64,000 bases of DNA from Dissulfuribacterales bacterium (GTDB lineage Bacteria > Desulfobacterota > Dissulfuribacteria > Dissulfuribacterales > DYLC01): contig JBEULL010000033.1 in NCBI GenBank assembly GCA_041287365.1, positions 84,535 through 148,534 on the forward strand. The letters are read 5' to 3'. Shown here piece after piece: positions 27,855 to 37,825 of the stretch (the first letter of the stretch is position 1; every line of letters begins with the position of its first letter). Below the pieces are notes generated by a model. That model was not told the DNA's origin, did no database searches, and saw only the letters and a list, made by a program, of their open reading frames with translations. The position numbers and the translations under genes were made by a program.

Positions 27855-28745
27855 ATGCCACTAGATGAACACAATTTTACGCAAGCCCTTCGCAATGTCG
27901 TAACACAGCTGGAATGGCTGCCAAGCCCAAATCCAAACCTCTGCCGCGCCATTTCATTGCTCAACAATACAGAAAACTACATTCGGCCTGTTGAAGAGCT
28001 GCTCGCAGCAGACCCTGGCCTGGCATTCCATGTGCTTCGTTTTGCCAACAGCTCCTTCTATGGGTTCAGGGGTGGCATTCAGGATATCAAAAAGGCCATC
28101 ATCGTGCTCGGCATGAAAGAAATCAGAAATATCTTTCTGACAGTAGCGCTTCTGCAGCAATTCCGTTCAAAAAAAACCACACCTTTTTTTAATAGTACAG
28201 CATTCTGGCATCACTCGATACTGACCGCAATCATCGCAAGAGAGCTTGCCAGGAAATACACATCTTCCATCTCCGAGGAAGAGATATACATCCTTGGACT
28301 CACGCACGACATAGGCCGCCTTGCCATGGCTGTATATCTGCCGGAACTGTTTGAAAAAAGCATTCAAAACGCCGATGAGCACTCTATAGATGTCTATGAA
28401 GCGGAAAAGGCACTTGGCGTCACGCATTGCGAAATCGGACATATTATTGCAAAAAAATGGGGGTTGCCTGCCTCTTTTGCATCGATTATGCTCGCGCATC
28501 ATGAACCCCAAAAAATAAAGACACATACAATAGAGACAGCGCTGATTGTAATGGCGGATCACCTCTCCAATTCAGACTCAAACAGAAACAGCTCAAGGCG
28601 ACTCGAACCGGCCGCCGTCATTCCATTCGTATGCAAAAATGCCGCTGAACTTCTGCATATCACGCAAGAAGATTACAGAGAACTACTGAAGATTCTGCCT
28701 GATATGAATGCAAAGGCGGAGGATATGTTGAAACAGTTTATCTGA
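27855..28745 (+). CDS. HDOD domain signalling protein
   Basis: ADPGLAFHVLRFANSSFYG, GLTHDIGRLAM and H.EIG...KW.LP are HDOD signatures. Confidence 0.85.
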   Translation: MPLDEHNFTQALRNVVTQLEWLPSPNPNLCRAISLLNNTENYIRPVEELLAADPGLAFHVLRFANSSFYGFRGGIQDIKKAIIVLGMKEIRNIFLTVALLQQFRSKKTTPFFNSTAFWHHSILTAIIARELARKYTSSISEEEIYILGLTHDIGRLAMAVYLPELFEKSIQNADEHSIDVYEAEKALGVTHCEIGHIIAKKWGLPASFASIMLAHHEPQKIKTHTIETALIVMADHLSNSDSNRNSSRRLEPAAVIPFVCKNAAELLHITQEDYRELLKILPDMNAKAEDMLKQFI

Positions 28746-28763
28746 TAAAAAGGATTGAACAAT

Positions 28764-30905
28764 ATGGACGAACAACTCACTAATCTGCTTCAGGAAGGCT
28801 TTTTGAATATTCGGGAACAGAAAAACGAAGCGATGGAAACCCTTGGCATAGTCTTCCGCATAGTCACTCTCACCATGCGCAGCACCTCCAGGGAAGACGT
28901 GGTGCAGCAGATACTACGCATTCTCCTGGAAGAAACCCGCTTCGACAACGTGTCCATCCTTTTATACGACCAATCAGCCAACTGTCTGAGACTCAAGGCT
29001 GCGGCAGGCGTCTGGGATATCCTGGCTGAACAGAATCAAAAAACCTTCAACAAGGACCTGTCTTTCGGGCCAGGGGACAGCATAGCGTGGCAGGTCTTCA
29101 ATAGCCAGAACCCTGTGTTCATACCCGACTGCTCTCAATATCCCATTGCCAATGGTAACAATGCAGTGATAAAACCCGGCTGTCTGGCATGCCTTCCGCT
29201 CATGAAAGAGGGCGTGCTGAATCTCAGTGCAGGCCAGCCTCGAGAGATTCTACCATATCAACGCAGAGAACTGGTGATTCTTGCAAATATTATAGCGAGC
29301 CTGCTACAGTCCACCACATTGAAGCAGGAGCTGGAAGACCACCGCAAGAATCTGGAAAAACTTGTGGAACTCAGAACACGGGATGTCCTGGCCATAAACG
29401 AGAACCTAAAAAGCACGCTCAGCCACCTGGAAGCCATTGTAAGAAACAATCCTGAGGGCATTTGTCTTCTAAACGGTCAGAACCAAGTGATCATGGCCAA
29501 TCCGCGCTTTCTTTTCATGTTGAATGCAGCGCCAAGCGACATCATGAACAATACCCTGGAACACATCTTTCAAAATCCCGTTCATTACCAGGCCATTCAA
29601 CAGGCCATAAGTAAAAAAGAATCCGTCCGGTTATTCGATATACCCGTCATGAAAATAGACGGACAAAGTATTTCCATCGATATCTTTCTACACCCCATAA
29701 CCGACCACGCCCAGACCGATTGCAACTACATGGTGATGTTGCATGACCTTACCGAGCAGAAAAAAATGGCTGAGAAGATGCTTCAGAGCGAGAAACTGAG
29801 CGCCCTTGGGGCCATGGCTGGTGGCATCGCTCACGACTTCAACAACATTCTGACCATCATCATGGGCAATGCAGAGCTTCTACTCAAGGAGACCATGGAA
29901 CCCACTGTCAGAAAACGCCTGCAAAATATACTGACGGCCGCCACAGACGGGGCATACATAGTCAGACGCATACAGAACTATACTCGACTGCATCAAAAAG
30001 ACGCATCCAACCATGCCCATTCCGATGCCAACGCCATCATCGAAGACACCATTCGCCTGCTGGAACCCAAATGGAAGGCCGAATATGAAAAACAAGGCAT
30101 TCCATTCGTTGTGGAACTGAATTTTTCAGGCATGTGTATGGCTGCAATCAATCCTTCAGACCTCAGAGAGGTGCTCATAAATCTTTTTCTAAATGCCATA
30201 GATGCCATGCCGCAAGGAGGCACTCTGACCATCAGCACAGCACTCAAAGAAAATCATGTTGAAATAAAGATCACAGACACAGGCACTGGAATACCGGATG
30301 AACTGAAAAACCGTATCTTCGACCCATTCTTCACCACCAAGGGCCCGCAGTCTTCAGGGCTTGGTTTAAGCGTAGCCTATGGCATCATCATGCAGGCAGG
30401 AGGTGATATCCAGGTCAAGAGCAAGCTCGGCCAGGGCACCACCTTTACCATCTCCCTGCCAGCAACCATGAATACAGTGACACTCGATACCATGAAGGGC
30501 ATCAAGGCCAAACATCAGCCCCAAGAAGGCGTGACTATCCTCATGGTGGATGATGAACCGGATATAGCCGAGATGATTCAGATGGCCGTTGAATCCCTGG
30601 GCTACGCGGCCAGGGCCATTACAGACCCTCGAAAGGCCATTGCAGAGATAGAATCAGGAAAATATGCACTCCTCATAACCGATCTGGGCATGCCTCATCT
30701 GACCGGCTGGGACCTGGCCAAAAAGGCCAAAGAACAGGGTATTCCAGCCATTTTGCTCACCGGCTGGGGCTATGAGTATGAAGGCCAGGATCTAAAAGCC
30801 AAGGGAGTGGAAGCAGTCATCTCCAAACCGGTGAAGATAGACCAGTTGAGCGATGCCATAGCCATGACGCTGACATCACCAAAAGGCACACCCTATTCAG
30901 AATGA
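28764..30905 (+). CDS. Hybrid sensor histidine kinase / response regulator (GAF-PAS-HisKA-HATPase-REC)
   Basis: H-box GIAHDFNNILT; HATPase DTGTGIP and GLGLSVAYGII; C-terminal receiver ILMVDDEPD...LLITDLGMP...SKP. ATG at 28764; the ORF track starts at a TTG at 28755. Confidence 0.88.
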   Translation: MDEQLTNLLQEGFLNIREQKNEAMETLGIVFRIVTLTMRSTSREDVVQQILRILLEETRFDNVSILLYDQSANCLRLKAAAGVWDILAEQNQKTFNKDLSFGPGDSIAWQVFNSQNPVFIPDCSQYPIANGNNAVIKPGCLACLPLMKEGVLNLSAGQPREILPYQRRELVILANIIASLLQSTTLKQELEDHRKNLEKLVELRTRDVLAINENLKSTLSHLEAIVRNNPEGICLLNGQNQVIMANPRFLFMLNAAPSDIMNNTLEHIFQNPVHYQAIQQAISKKESVRLFDIPVMKIDGQSISIDIFLHPITDHAQTDCNYMVMLHDLTEQKKMAEKMLQSEKLSALGAMAGGIAHDFNNILTIIMGNAELLLKETMEPTVRKRLQNILTAATDGAYIVRRIQNYTRLHQKDASNHAHSDANAIIEDTIRLLEPKWKAEYEKQGIPFVVELNFSGMCMAAINPSDLREVLINLFLNAIDAMPQGGTLTISTALKENHVEIKITDTGTGIPDELKNRIFDPFFTTKGPQSSGLGLSVAYGIIMQAGGDIQVKSKLGQGTTFTISLPATMNTVTLDTMKGIKAKHQPQEGVTILMVDDEPDIAEMIQMAVESLGYAARAITDPRKAIAEIESGKYALLITDLGMPHLTGWDLAKKAKEQGIPAILLTGWGYEYEGQDLKAKGVEAVISKPVKIDQLSDAIAMTLTSPKGTPYSE

Positions 30906-30990
30906 TGAAACCGTCACACCTTCGAACCCCCCGTTAATTTCAGGGGCAACCCACTGTGGTTGTCCACTTATAGGAGGCCTTTTCAAAGAC

Positions 30991-31680
30991 ATGCAGACTC
31001 GACACCACACCATCACCATAGACGGCCCTGCCGGAGCCGGCAAGGGTGTGGTCAGCGCACTGCTTGCCGAACGCCTCGACTTCACAAGGCTGGACACCGG
31101 CGCCATGTATCGGGCGGTCGCCCTTCACGCACTGAGACAAGGATTCGAGCCTTCGGAAAATATGGTAAAAAGACACCTTGAAGACAGACTGCAACTGCTA
31201 CTCTCAGGAATCGACATTGCAATAAATGGAAAATGTGTACGGCTGAACGGCGAAGACGTTTCACAGACCATCCGCACACCAGAGGTGTCCATGGCGGCCT
31301 CATTCATCTCGCAATTTGCATGTGTCAGACAAAAACTCACTGAACTCCAACGTGAAATCGCTCGAACCACAGACCTGGTGGCCGAAGGCAGGGATATGGG
31401 CACGGTGGTCTTTCCTCATGCCCAATACAAATTCTTTCTGACTGCAAAACCGGAGATTCGAGCCAAAAGAAGGTGGCTTCAACTAAAAGATCAAGGCGTT
31501 GAAATGGATTTTCATGTGGTATTGCGTGAGATACAGCAAAGGGACGAGGCGGATAGCTCAAGGCAGATCGCACCACTTGCAATGGCAGCGGATGCCATAC
31601 TTGTGGACAGTTCTTACATGGAAGTGGAAGAGGTGGCAAACACCATGTACAAACATGTAAAACAGCTCATACCAACTTAA
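30991..31680 (+). CDS. cmk: Cytidylate kinase
   Basis: ITIDGPAGAGKG P-loop, LDTGAMYRA and ...GRDMGTVVFP...KFFLTA. Confidence 0.9.
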   Translation: MQTRHHTITIDGPAGAGKGVVSALLAERLDFTRLDTGAMYRAVALHALRQGFEPSENMVKRHLEDRLQLLLSGIDIAINGKCVRLNGEDVSQTIRTPEVSMAASFISQFACVRQKLTELQREIARTTDLVAEGRDMGTVVFPHAQYKFFLTAKPEIRAKRRWLQLKDQGVEMDFHVVLREIQQRDEADSSRQIAPLAMAADAILVDSSYMEVEEVANTMYKHVKQLIPT

Positions 31681-31683
31681 CCT

Positions 31684-32271
31684 TTACTTAATATATTGGT
31701 TTGACTGACTCAACCCCTGCTGCAGCCGCAACCCCCTCTTTTCATAGCGTTCTTCTTCACTGAAAATACAGCCGCAGTAAGATTGGCGATAGATACCAAG
31801 CTCTCGCGTCACATCCTGCCCTTCCTGCCAGCCCTCACGAAAGTCCTCGTAATAAAACTCTACACCCGTTTTCTGCGCCAAATCCTGGGCTATGCGGTAA
31901 ATAGCCTCATGATTTTGATAGCGACTGTAGAGAAGCGTGGAGCTGAAGTGAGTGAATCCATCGTCTTTTGCCTTTGTAACTGTCTCCAACAGGCGCATTT
32001 CATAGCATCTTAAACACCTGGCTCCAAAGTTCATATTTTCTGCCACTGACTGTAACCACGGCCTGAGACCATAGCCCTTTTCGCTGTAGATTACAGAAAA
32101 GTCATGGAGCCGAGCCACTTCCTTCAATGCCTCGATACGCCTCTCGTATTCCATGTATGGATGTATGTTGGGATTGTAAAAAAAACCCGTGACTGACACA
32201 CCGATATCCTTCAGGCGCTTGAGTGGGAAAAGCAGGCAGGGCCCGCAACAGATGTGCAATAATAAGCGCAT
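31684..32271 (-). CDS. queH: Epoxyqueuosine reductase QueH (DUF208)
   Basis: LLHICCGPC N-terminal Cys motif and C-terminal YRQSYCGC. 195 aa. Confidence 0.8.
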   Translation of the reverse strand: MRLLLHICCGPCLLFPLKRLKDIGVSVTGFFYNPNIHPYMEYERRIEALKEVARLHDFSVIYSEKGYGLRPWLQSVAENMNFGARCLRCYEMRLLETVTKAKDDGFTHFSSTLLYSRYQNHEAIYRIAQDLAQKTGVEFYYEDFREGWQEGQDVTRELGIYRQSYCGCIFSEEERYEKRGLRLQQGLSQSNQYIK

Positions 32272-32281
32272 AGCAAATGAC

Positions 32282-33586
32282 CTACAGATAAATTACGCGC
32301 AATCCCTGTTTCAGATATGATTCAAGGGTGCAGAGCTCCACTGGTCTCATGCGGCATGAAAGCCCAAATGCATCCTCGAATTCCATCTCCATATCCCTGA
32401 GCCAGTTGTGCAACAGAGGCAGGCTTCCAGCAAAAAAATCATCCGTAATCGCGATCCAAAGCTCGAGCCGTTCCAGAAACCGTTCCTTCCTGACCGCCAT
32501 CACGTAAGGCACTGCCTGCAAAGACGCATTGGAAGAAAGGCGGCCCATACCGCGCCTGACGAATTCATCCACCTGATTCAAGGAGATATTCAGCCCACGC
32601 ACCTGCACCAGGCCGTCCGTGCGCCCATAAACGGGTTCCATACGCCAGCCCACTCTGCCGCAGACGCAAGGTTCGGAAATAATGCGAGTCAGCTCGCCTG
32701 TGCGAAAACGCATGAGCGGATTGGCCTTGGTGGTAAGGGTAGTGATCACCAATTCTCCTCTTTCCCCGTGAGGCAATACAGCACCTGTGTCAGGGTCTAT
32801 CACCTCTGGAATGAGATGATCCATGGCCAGGTGTAGTCCGTTTCTCTTTTCGCACTCATAGGCCATGACAGGCCCTACCGCCTCCAGAATACCGTGTCCA
32901 CACAAAATATTTATCGCAAACTCCTGCTCCATTTCCTTCCGTACGTCCATATTCAGACGCTCATCCAGTAACAAAACTCGCTTCAGAGACAGATTGGCCA
33001 ACTGAATTCCACTTTCCGCCAACTCTGCAAATAGATACTGAAAATAAGACGAAAACGTGATGAGGGTAGAGGTCTTGAAGTCCACCAAGATACGCAGACG
33101 TTCTTGAACAGCCATAGGTTCCGGCGGAATGACCAATGCCCCCATAGCCTCAGCCGCCTCCTTCAACTCCTGAGCAAGAAAGGTCATGCCAGGATCCAGA
33201 CATATCTGAACGATATCGTCGGCAGTAACGCCTGATGCCGAAAGAAATCTACAGGTAAGCCCCTGACGATGAGCCACGTCCTGTTTCGTATAGCCCATGA
33301 CTATGGGGTTAGATATACCACAGCTCAGGGTGTGCAGACGAATAATGTCACGCAGTGGCACTGCAAACTGGCCGTAGGGATAATTGGCTATGAGGTCTTG
33401 ACGAGTGGTAAAAGGTAATTTGTATATATCCTCCAAGGAGGTAACCGCCTCTGGTGTGATGTCAACAGATTCCATGGCCTTTCGATAGGAAGGTACGCGA
33501 TTATAGACACGATTCAATGTGCTCTGAAGCAATTCCATCTGCAACTGAAGCAACTCGTTAAGCGGAGCGCGTTCTATGGTTTCCAT
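32282..33586 (-). CDS. Phenylacetate-CoA ligase family adenylate-forming enzyme (PaaK / F390 synthetase-like)
   Basis: 434 aa. LPFTTRQDL early motif, a central adenylation core and YRTGD-like FRTGELTR, with a PaaK-like C-terminal subdomain. Confidence 0.7.
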   Translation of the reverse strand: METIERAPLNELLQLQMELLQSTLNRVYNRVPSYRKAMESVDITPEAVTSLEDIYKLPFTTRQDLIANYPYGQFAVPLRDIIRLHTLSCGISNPIVMGYTKQDVAHRQGLTCRFLSASGVTADDIVQICLDPGMTFLAQELKEAAEAMGALVIPPEPMAVQERLRILVDFKTSTLITFSSYFQYLFAELAESGIQLANLSLKRVLLLDERLNMDVRKEMEQEFAINILCGHGILEAVGPVMAYECEKRNGLHLAMDHLIPEVIDPDTGAVLPHGERGELVITTLTTKANPLMRFRTGELTRIISEPCVCGRVGWRMEPVYGRTDGLVQVRGLNISLNQVDEFVRRGMGRLSSNASLQAVPYVMAVRKERFLERLELWIAITDDFFAGSLPLLHNWLRDMEMEFEDAFGLSCRMRPVELCTLESYLKQGLRVIYL

Positions 33587-33620
33587 AAAATTATCCTCTT
33601 ATTATTAATGGAACATACCG

Positions 33621-33654
33621 AAAAAATATTGATTGTTTTTTTAACAAACAATCA
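33621..33654 (-). terminator. Possible weak terminator or attenuator between livF and the paaK-like gene
   Basis: A perfect 9-bp AT-rich stem TGATTGTTT / AAACAATCA that includes the livF stop codon. On the minus strand it is followed by ATATTTTTT. Confidence 0.35.
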
Positions 33655-34392
33655 TCTTTCTGTAACCTGGGCGTAATCCTTGCCCAGATAGGCCCGTTGG
33701 ACATCGGAGTCATCCCGCAATTCCTGAGCTGTACCCTGAAGCACGATCCTACCAGTCTCCAACACATAGCCCCTGTGGGCCATCTCCAGGACCCGCCTGG
33801 CGTTTTGCTCCACTATGAGAATGGTCAGACCCTCCGCCTGATTCAGAGTCACTATGGCCTGAAAGATGCCCTCTACCAGCTTTGGTGCAAGTCCGAGAGA
33901 AGGCTCATCCAGCAACAACAGATTCGGTTTTGCCATTAAGGCACGGCCTATGGCCAGCATCTGTTGCTCTCCACCGCTCAGAGTGCCGGCAATCTGCCTT
34001 CTACGTTCATAGAGCCTGGGGAAAAGCTGAAAAATCCTGTCAAAATCCCCTTGGATCTCCGTTTTTTCAGCCCTCCCAAAGCGGTGATAGGCGCCGAGTT
34101 CCAAATTCTCCATAACAGTGAGAGGCGCAAAGACCTGTCTGCCTTCAGGAGAATGCCCTATGCCCATTTTCACAATGACATCCGGCGCAAGCCCAAGTAT
34201 GCTTCTATCCCTGTATAATATCTCGCCCTGACTGCACGGAACAAGCCCGGAAATGGTTCGCAGCAGCGTGGTCTTGCCTGCACCATTAGCACCGATGAGA
34301 CAAACTATCTCCCCTTGCCTGACATGTAAGGACAGGTTACGCAAGATGGCGATGGACGCGTAATATGTATTGAGATTTTTAATTTGCAGCAT
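33652..34392 (-). CDS. livF: Branched-chain amino acid ABC transporter ATP-binding protein (LivF type)
   Basis: Walker A GANGAGKTT, signature LSGGEQQML and Walker B LLLLDEPS. Start taken at MLQIKNL (ATG 34392). Confidence 0.85.
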   Translation of the reverse strand: MLQIKNLNTYYASIAILRNLSLHVRQGEIVCLIGANGAGKTTLLRTISGLVPCSQGEILYRDRSILGLAPDVIVKMGIGHSPEGRQVFAPLTVMENLELGAYHRFGRAEKTEIQGDFDRIFQLFPRLYERRRQIAGTLSGGEQQMLAIGRALMAKPNLLLLDEPSLGLAPKLVEGIFQAIVTLNQAEGLTILIVEQNARRVLEMAHRGYVLETGRIVLQGTAQELRDDSDVQRAYLGKDYAQVTER

Positions 34393-34584
34393 ATCAACCC
34401 TTCTTATTCTAAAGAATGTTAACAAAGAGACATGGATTTTACAAGGGAAGCATATAGAGGCAGGCCGCTGTACCTGATGACCTTCAACAAGGCGAGCTCA
34501 GTAGCGCACCACTACATTCAAGCAACCTCCACGACCTGCCGATACATTCTTTCAAAAGACAAAGGAAAGAGAGGACGGCCCAAT

Positions 34585-34854
34585 ATGCAAAAAAAGTTGT
34601 GGATTCCCCTGCTGTGTGGAACGGCATTTCTGTGTTGCGGCTGCTGTAATCTGTCTCTGCTGGACATCTCCTGTAAAAACCCATTTCAAAGGACACAGGT
34701 GGTGGTGCCTTGCAGCACTCAGCAACTCCAGACCACTCCTCAACCCACCTACTATGTGCTCAAGAGATATGAACCCCAGAGAATACAGGTCATAGAAACG
34801 GACAACTCCGATATTCAATTTTATGAGCCGCTGCCGTTCAAAACCAAGGAGTAA
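34585..34854 (+). CDS. Small Cys-rich secreted protein or lipoprotein (89 aa)
   Basis: Signal sequence MQKKLWIPLLCGTAFLCCGCC. First gene of a same-strand cluster with 3-nt and 7-nt gaps to the next genes. Confidence 0.45.
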   Translation: MQKKLWIPLLCGTAFLCCGCCNLSLLDISCKNPFQRTQVVVPCSTQQLQTTPQPTYYVLKRYEPQRIQVIETDNSDIQFYEPLPFKTKE

Positions 34855-34857
34855 GCT

Positions 34858-35637
34858 ATGAAAAGACATATCAGCACATACATCACATTCATCTGTCTCA
34901 TGAGCCCCTGTGTGCTTGCGGCTCAGGACGAACCGGTACCTGAACAGGCAGCCCGGCCTGCCTGCGTAGAGAAGGCCGTAATAATCGACGAGGCATCGAA
35001 TCTGAACCTTCAGATACACAACCTGGCGGAACAACTGGTAAAAAACTACCGATACGGCATGACGCCGGCTGAACCCGTTGCAGTGACCACCTTCGTGGAC
35101 GTAAACCACCTTTACAAGACATCTCCCTTTGGACGCTACATCGCCGAACAGCTCATAGGCGAACTGCAACGCGCCAGCTTCAATGTCATGGAGTATCGAA
35201 AGACCAACAGCATCATGACACGTGAAGGCTTCGGAGAATACTCACTGTCCCGCGACAGCAAGGAAATCGCCAAATCCACTCCGGCAGGTCTGGTGCTGGT
35301 AGGCACTTATATGATAAAAGACCGCTATGTCATGGTGAACGCCAGAATCGTGGATTCAAATCAACTGGTACACTCATCTGGCATGACAATAATGCGAAAA
35401 GACGGCCTGATATCCGACCTGCTGCAACACGCCTCTGTGCCTGACCTGGCCCCGCCCGCCCGCATAGCCATCAAGGGACTTGGAGAACCAACTCCTGCCG
35501 CACCTCAGGTCACTGCGACCGAGCCCGCACCAGCCTTACAGGAGGTCAAACCATCTGCCAACAATGCAAACACAAAGCCGGCCATCAGGACATCCAAGAC
35601 TCGCGTCACAGCCTCGTCACGCACAAGGCACAGCTGA
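34858..35637 (+). CDS. Secreted FlgO/LpoB-like (TolB-N-like) domain protein with a Pro/Ala/Thr-rich tail
   Basis: Signal peptide ending VLAA-QDE. Core VAVTTFVDVNHLYKTSPFGRYIAEQLIGELQRASFNVMEYRK...GTYMIKDRYVMVNARIV resembles the FlgO/LpoB fold family (assignment from memory). Low-complexity C-terminus. Confidence 0.5.
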   Translation: MKRHISTYITFICLMSPCVLAAQDEPVPEQAARPACVEKAVIIDEASNLNLQIHNLAEQLVKNYRYGMTPAEPVAVTTFVDVNHLYKTSPFGRYIAEQLIGELQRASFNVMEYRKTNSIMTREGFGEYSLSRDSKEIAKSTPAGLVLVGTYMIKDRYVMVNARIVDSNQLVHSSGMTIMRKDGLISDLLQHASVPDLAPPARIAIKGLGEPTPAAPQVTATEPAPALQEVKPSANNANTKPAIRTSKTRVTASSRTRHS

Positions 35638-35644
35638 TATTCAC

Positions 35645-36250
35645 ATGAAAAACTGTATTCCGGTCGTATTTGTTCTATCTCTGTGGCTAACAGGACTTAC
35701 CGCCTGCGAGATGAAGGCGGTCTCCATCCGCTCATCCCAGGCGCCGCATCCAATCTATTCCCATGCATCTATCTTTGATATAACACGGGAGCTGACTCAG
35801 GAGCTTTTGATCAATCTTCAGGACGAAAGCGCCCGCTCATCCACCTGTATCGTCACCACCTTTGTGCGCTTAGACAATCTGAAAACAGCCGATACCCTGG
35901 GCAGGCTCCTGGCAGAGGGCATGGGGAATGAGTTGGTAAAGGCCGGAATGGCCGTAACAGAGATTCGAAACAGCAACGCAGTCTCCGTGCATCCAACCAC
36001 CGGCGAGCTAATATTGAGCAGGGATAAAACTGAGCTTAAGGGCTATATGGATGCAGCTTATGCGCTTACCGGCACGTATTCCGTGGGCGAACGCTCTGTA
36101 ACTATCTCAGTCAGGCTCCTGGACCTGCGAAGCAACCGCATCGTGGCTGTGGCAAGCAACGAACTGATTCGCACACCTGACATCAACGCCTTGCTCTCAG
36201 ACGAAGCCCGTGTAGCGCCCACTACCTATGACAGACTGCCAAGCAGATAA
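35645..36250 (+). CDS. Lipoprotein, paralog of the preceding FlgO/LpoB-like protein
   Basis: Lipobox LTGLTAC. Core IVTTFVRLDNLKTADTLGRLLAEGMGNELVKAGMAVTEIR...GTYSVGERSVTISVRLLD is collinear with the previous gene. Confidence 0.5.
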   Translation: MKNCIPVVFVLSLWLTGLTACEMKAVSIRSSQAPHPIYSHASIFDITRELTQELLINLQDESARSSTCIVTTFVRLDNLKTADTLGRLLAEGMGNELVKAGMAVTEIRNSNAVSVHPTTGELILSRDKTELKGYMDAAYALTGTYSVGERSVTISVRLLDLRSNRIVAVASNELIRTPDINALLSDEARVAPTTYDRLPSR

Positions 36251-36327
36251 TGGAATTTATAACACTACGGTGTTATAGTGGGATCATGAATAAAATCACC
36301 TCAATTTATTCAATCAGATTGTTTTTT

Positions 36328-36948
36328 ATGCGTAATATAATAACGTTACCCATGCTGCTGGCCCTACTCATCTCATGCAGCCAGCCACCCTTTATTCAGC
36401 CGCCCAATTTTCCACAAAACGACATCGGCCGCCTGCCGAATGTCAATATCCAGGTATATATTCAACCCAAAAGGCCATTGGGATTGGCCAGGCAGAGTGC
36501 CTATCTCACGCCCCTTTACCTGCCTCAACGCTATGACAAGGCCTTGGGCATCAGCTATGCCGGCATAGTCCAGGAGGTATTTCTTCAGCATCTCATCTTT
36601 CAGACCCTGGAACAGCACAAAGAACAGGAAAAGGGTGTTTCAATGCCTGCCCTCAAGGCCAGAGGCTTCGATTACCTCGTGGAGATCAGCTCTCCTTCGT
36701 TTTTGGCTCCGGCAGGGAATTCAAGGGGATGGATAGCCTTGAACCTGAAGATCATTCGGCTGGCGGATGAAACGACCATCTGGCACATGTACGGCGAGGC
36801 TGACCTGCTTCCCCTCCACAGGGGTCATGACATCCTCTTTCCTCGCGACTATCGCGATGCACCCACCCTGACAGAGGGTCTGGCCGCCATAGCCCACAAG
36901 ATGGCTGAGATCATAAGCCAACAGGAAAACAGCATAACTACGCCATGA
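36328..36948 (+). CDS. Lipoprotein of unknown function
   Basis: Lipobox LLISCSQ. Its stop overlaps the ldcA start as ATGA (36945-36948). Confidence 0.5.
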   Translation: MRNIITLPMLLALLISCSQPPFIQPPNFPQNDIGRLPNVNIQVYIQPKRPLGLARQSAYLTPLYLPQRYDKALGISYAGIVQEVFLQHLIFQTLEQHKEQEKGVSMPALKARGFDYLVEISSPSFLAPAGNSRGWIALNLKIIRLADETTIWHMYGEADLLPLHRGHDILFPRDYRDAPTLTEGLAAIAHKMAEIISQQENSITTP

Positions 36949-37811
36949 GAATAGCGGCATTCAGCCCATCCAGCCCGGCAGATTCGGAAAAGATACAAAA
37001 AGGCATAGAGCTCATTCAGACCCATCTGCAGGGGGCTCAAGTGGTGCTCTTTTCCGATATCCCTGGTAGCGGCCCCTTCCCTTACCTGGCACAGAATGAT
37101 ACACATCAGGCCCAGTTGTTTCATGACCTGCTTACCGATTCCACCATCGACATGGTCTGGGCCATGCGAGGCGGGTATGGCTCACTTAGATGGCTGAATA
37201 TGGTGGACTGGCAGAGGCTGTTCGAGTCAAGCCGCAAAAATCCCCTGATCGGCTTCAGTGACGTGACCTTTTTGCACTCGGCACTGCTCAATATCCACTG
37301 GCCAATCCTCATTCATGGCCCCCTTCTCACCACTCTGGCCAAGACCGATGACACAAGCCTCAATGCCTTATGGCACCTGATACGGACAGGAAACGCTCCA
37401 ACCCTATCAGGCGAACCACTTCAGACAGGCACGGTCATAGGCCATCTCATAGGAGGAAACCTCACCTGTCTGGTGCATACTCTTGGAACGGCATTTGAAC
37501 CGCCATGGAAAGGGGCGATTCTGGTGATGGAAGACCATAACGAGGCCCTCTACCGCATAGATCGCATGCTCACACATCTGAAGCTCACAGGAAGGCTCTC
37601 ACAACTCGCCGGCATCGCCGTAGGAAGGATCGAGCACACAAGTTTCGATGAAGGACAGCTCAATACCCTGCTTCTGAATCGTCTAAAGGATTTGAATATA
37701 CCAATGGCATGGAAACTGCCGATAGGACACGGGGCTGAAAACGCCCCCTTGATGTTAGGAGAGGAATACGAACTGAACGGCGAAACCGGTCAACTGATTC
37801 CCATCGAATAA
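36945..37811 (+). CDS. ldcA: LD-carboxypeptidase (peptidase S66, muramoyltetrapeptide carboxypeptidase)
   Basis: MRGGYGS and the nucleophile motif IGFSDVTFLH, with a late EDHNE...H pattern. 288 aa. Confidence 0.8.
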   Translation: MRIAAFSPSSPADSEKIQKGIELIQTHLQGAQVVLFSDIPGSGPFPYLAQNDTHQAQLFHDLLTDSTIDMVWAMRGGYGSLRWLNMVDWQRLFESSRKNPLIGFSDVTFLHSALLNIHWPILIHGPLLTTLAKTDDTSLNALWHLIRTGNAPTLSGEPLQTGTVIGHLIGGNLTCLVHTLGTAFEPPWKGAILVMEDHNEALYRIDRMLTHLKLTGRLSQLAGIAVGRIEHTSFDEGQLNTLLLNRLKDLNIPMAWKLPIGHGAENAPLMLGEEYELNGETGQLIPIE

Positions 37812-37825
37812 GACCTTCGAGAAAA

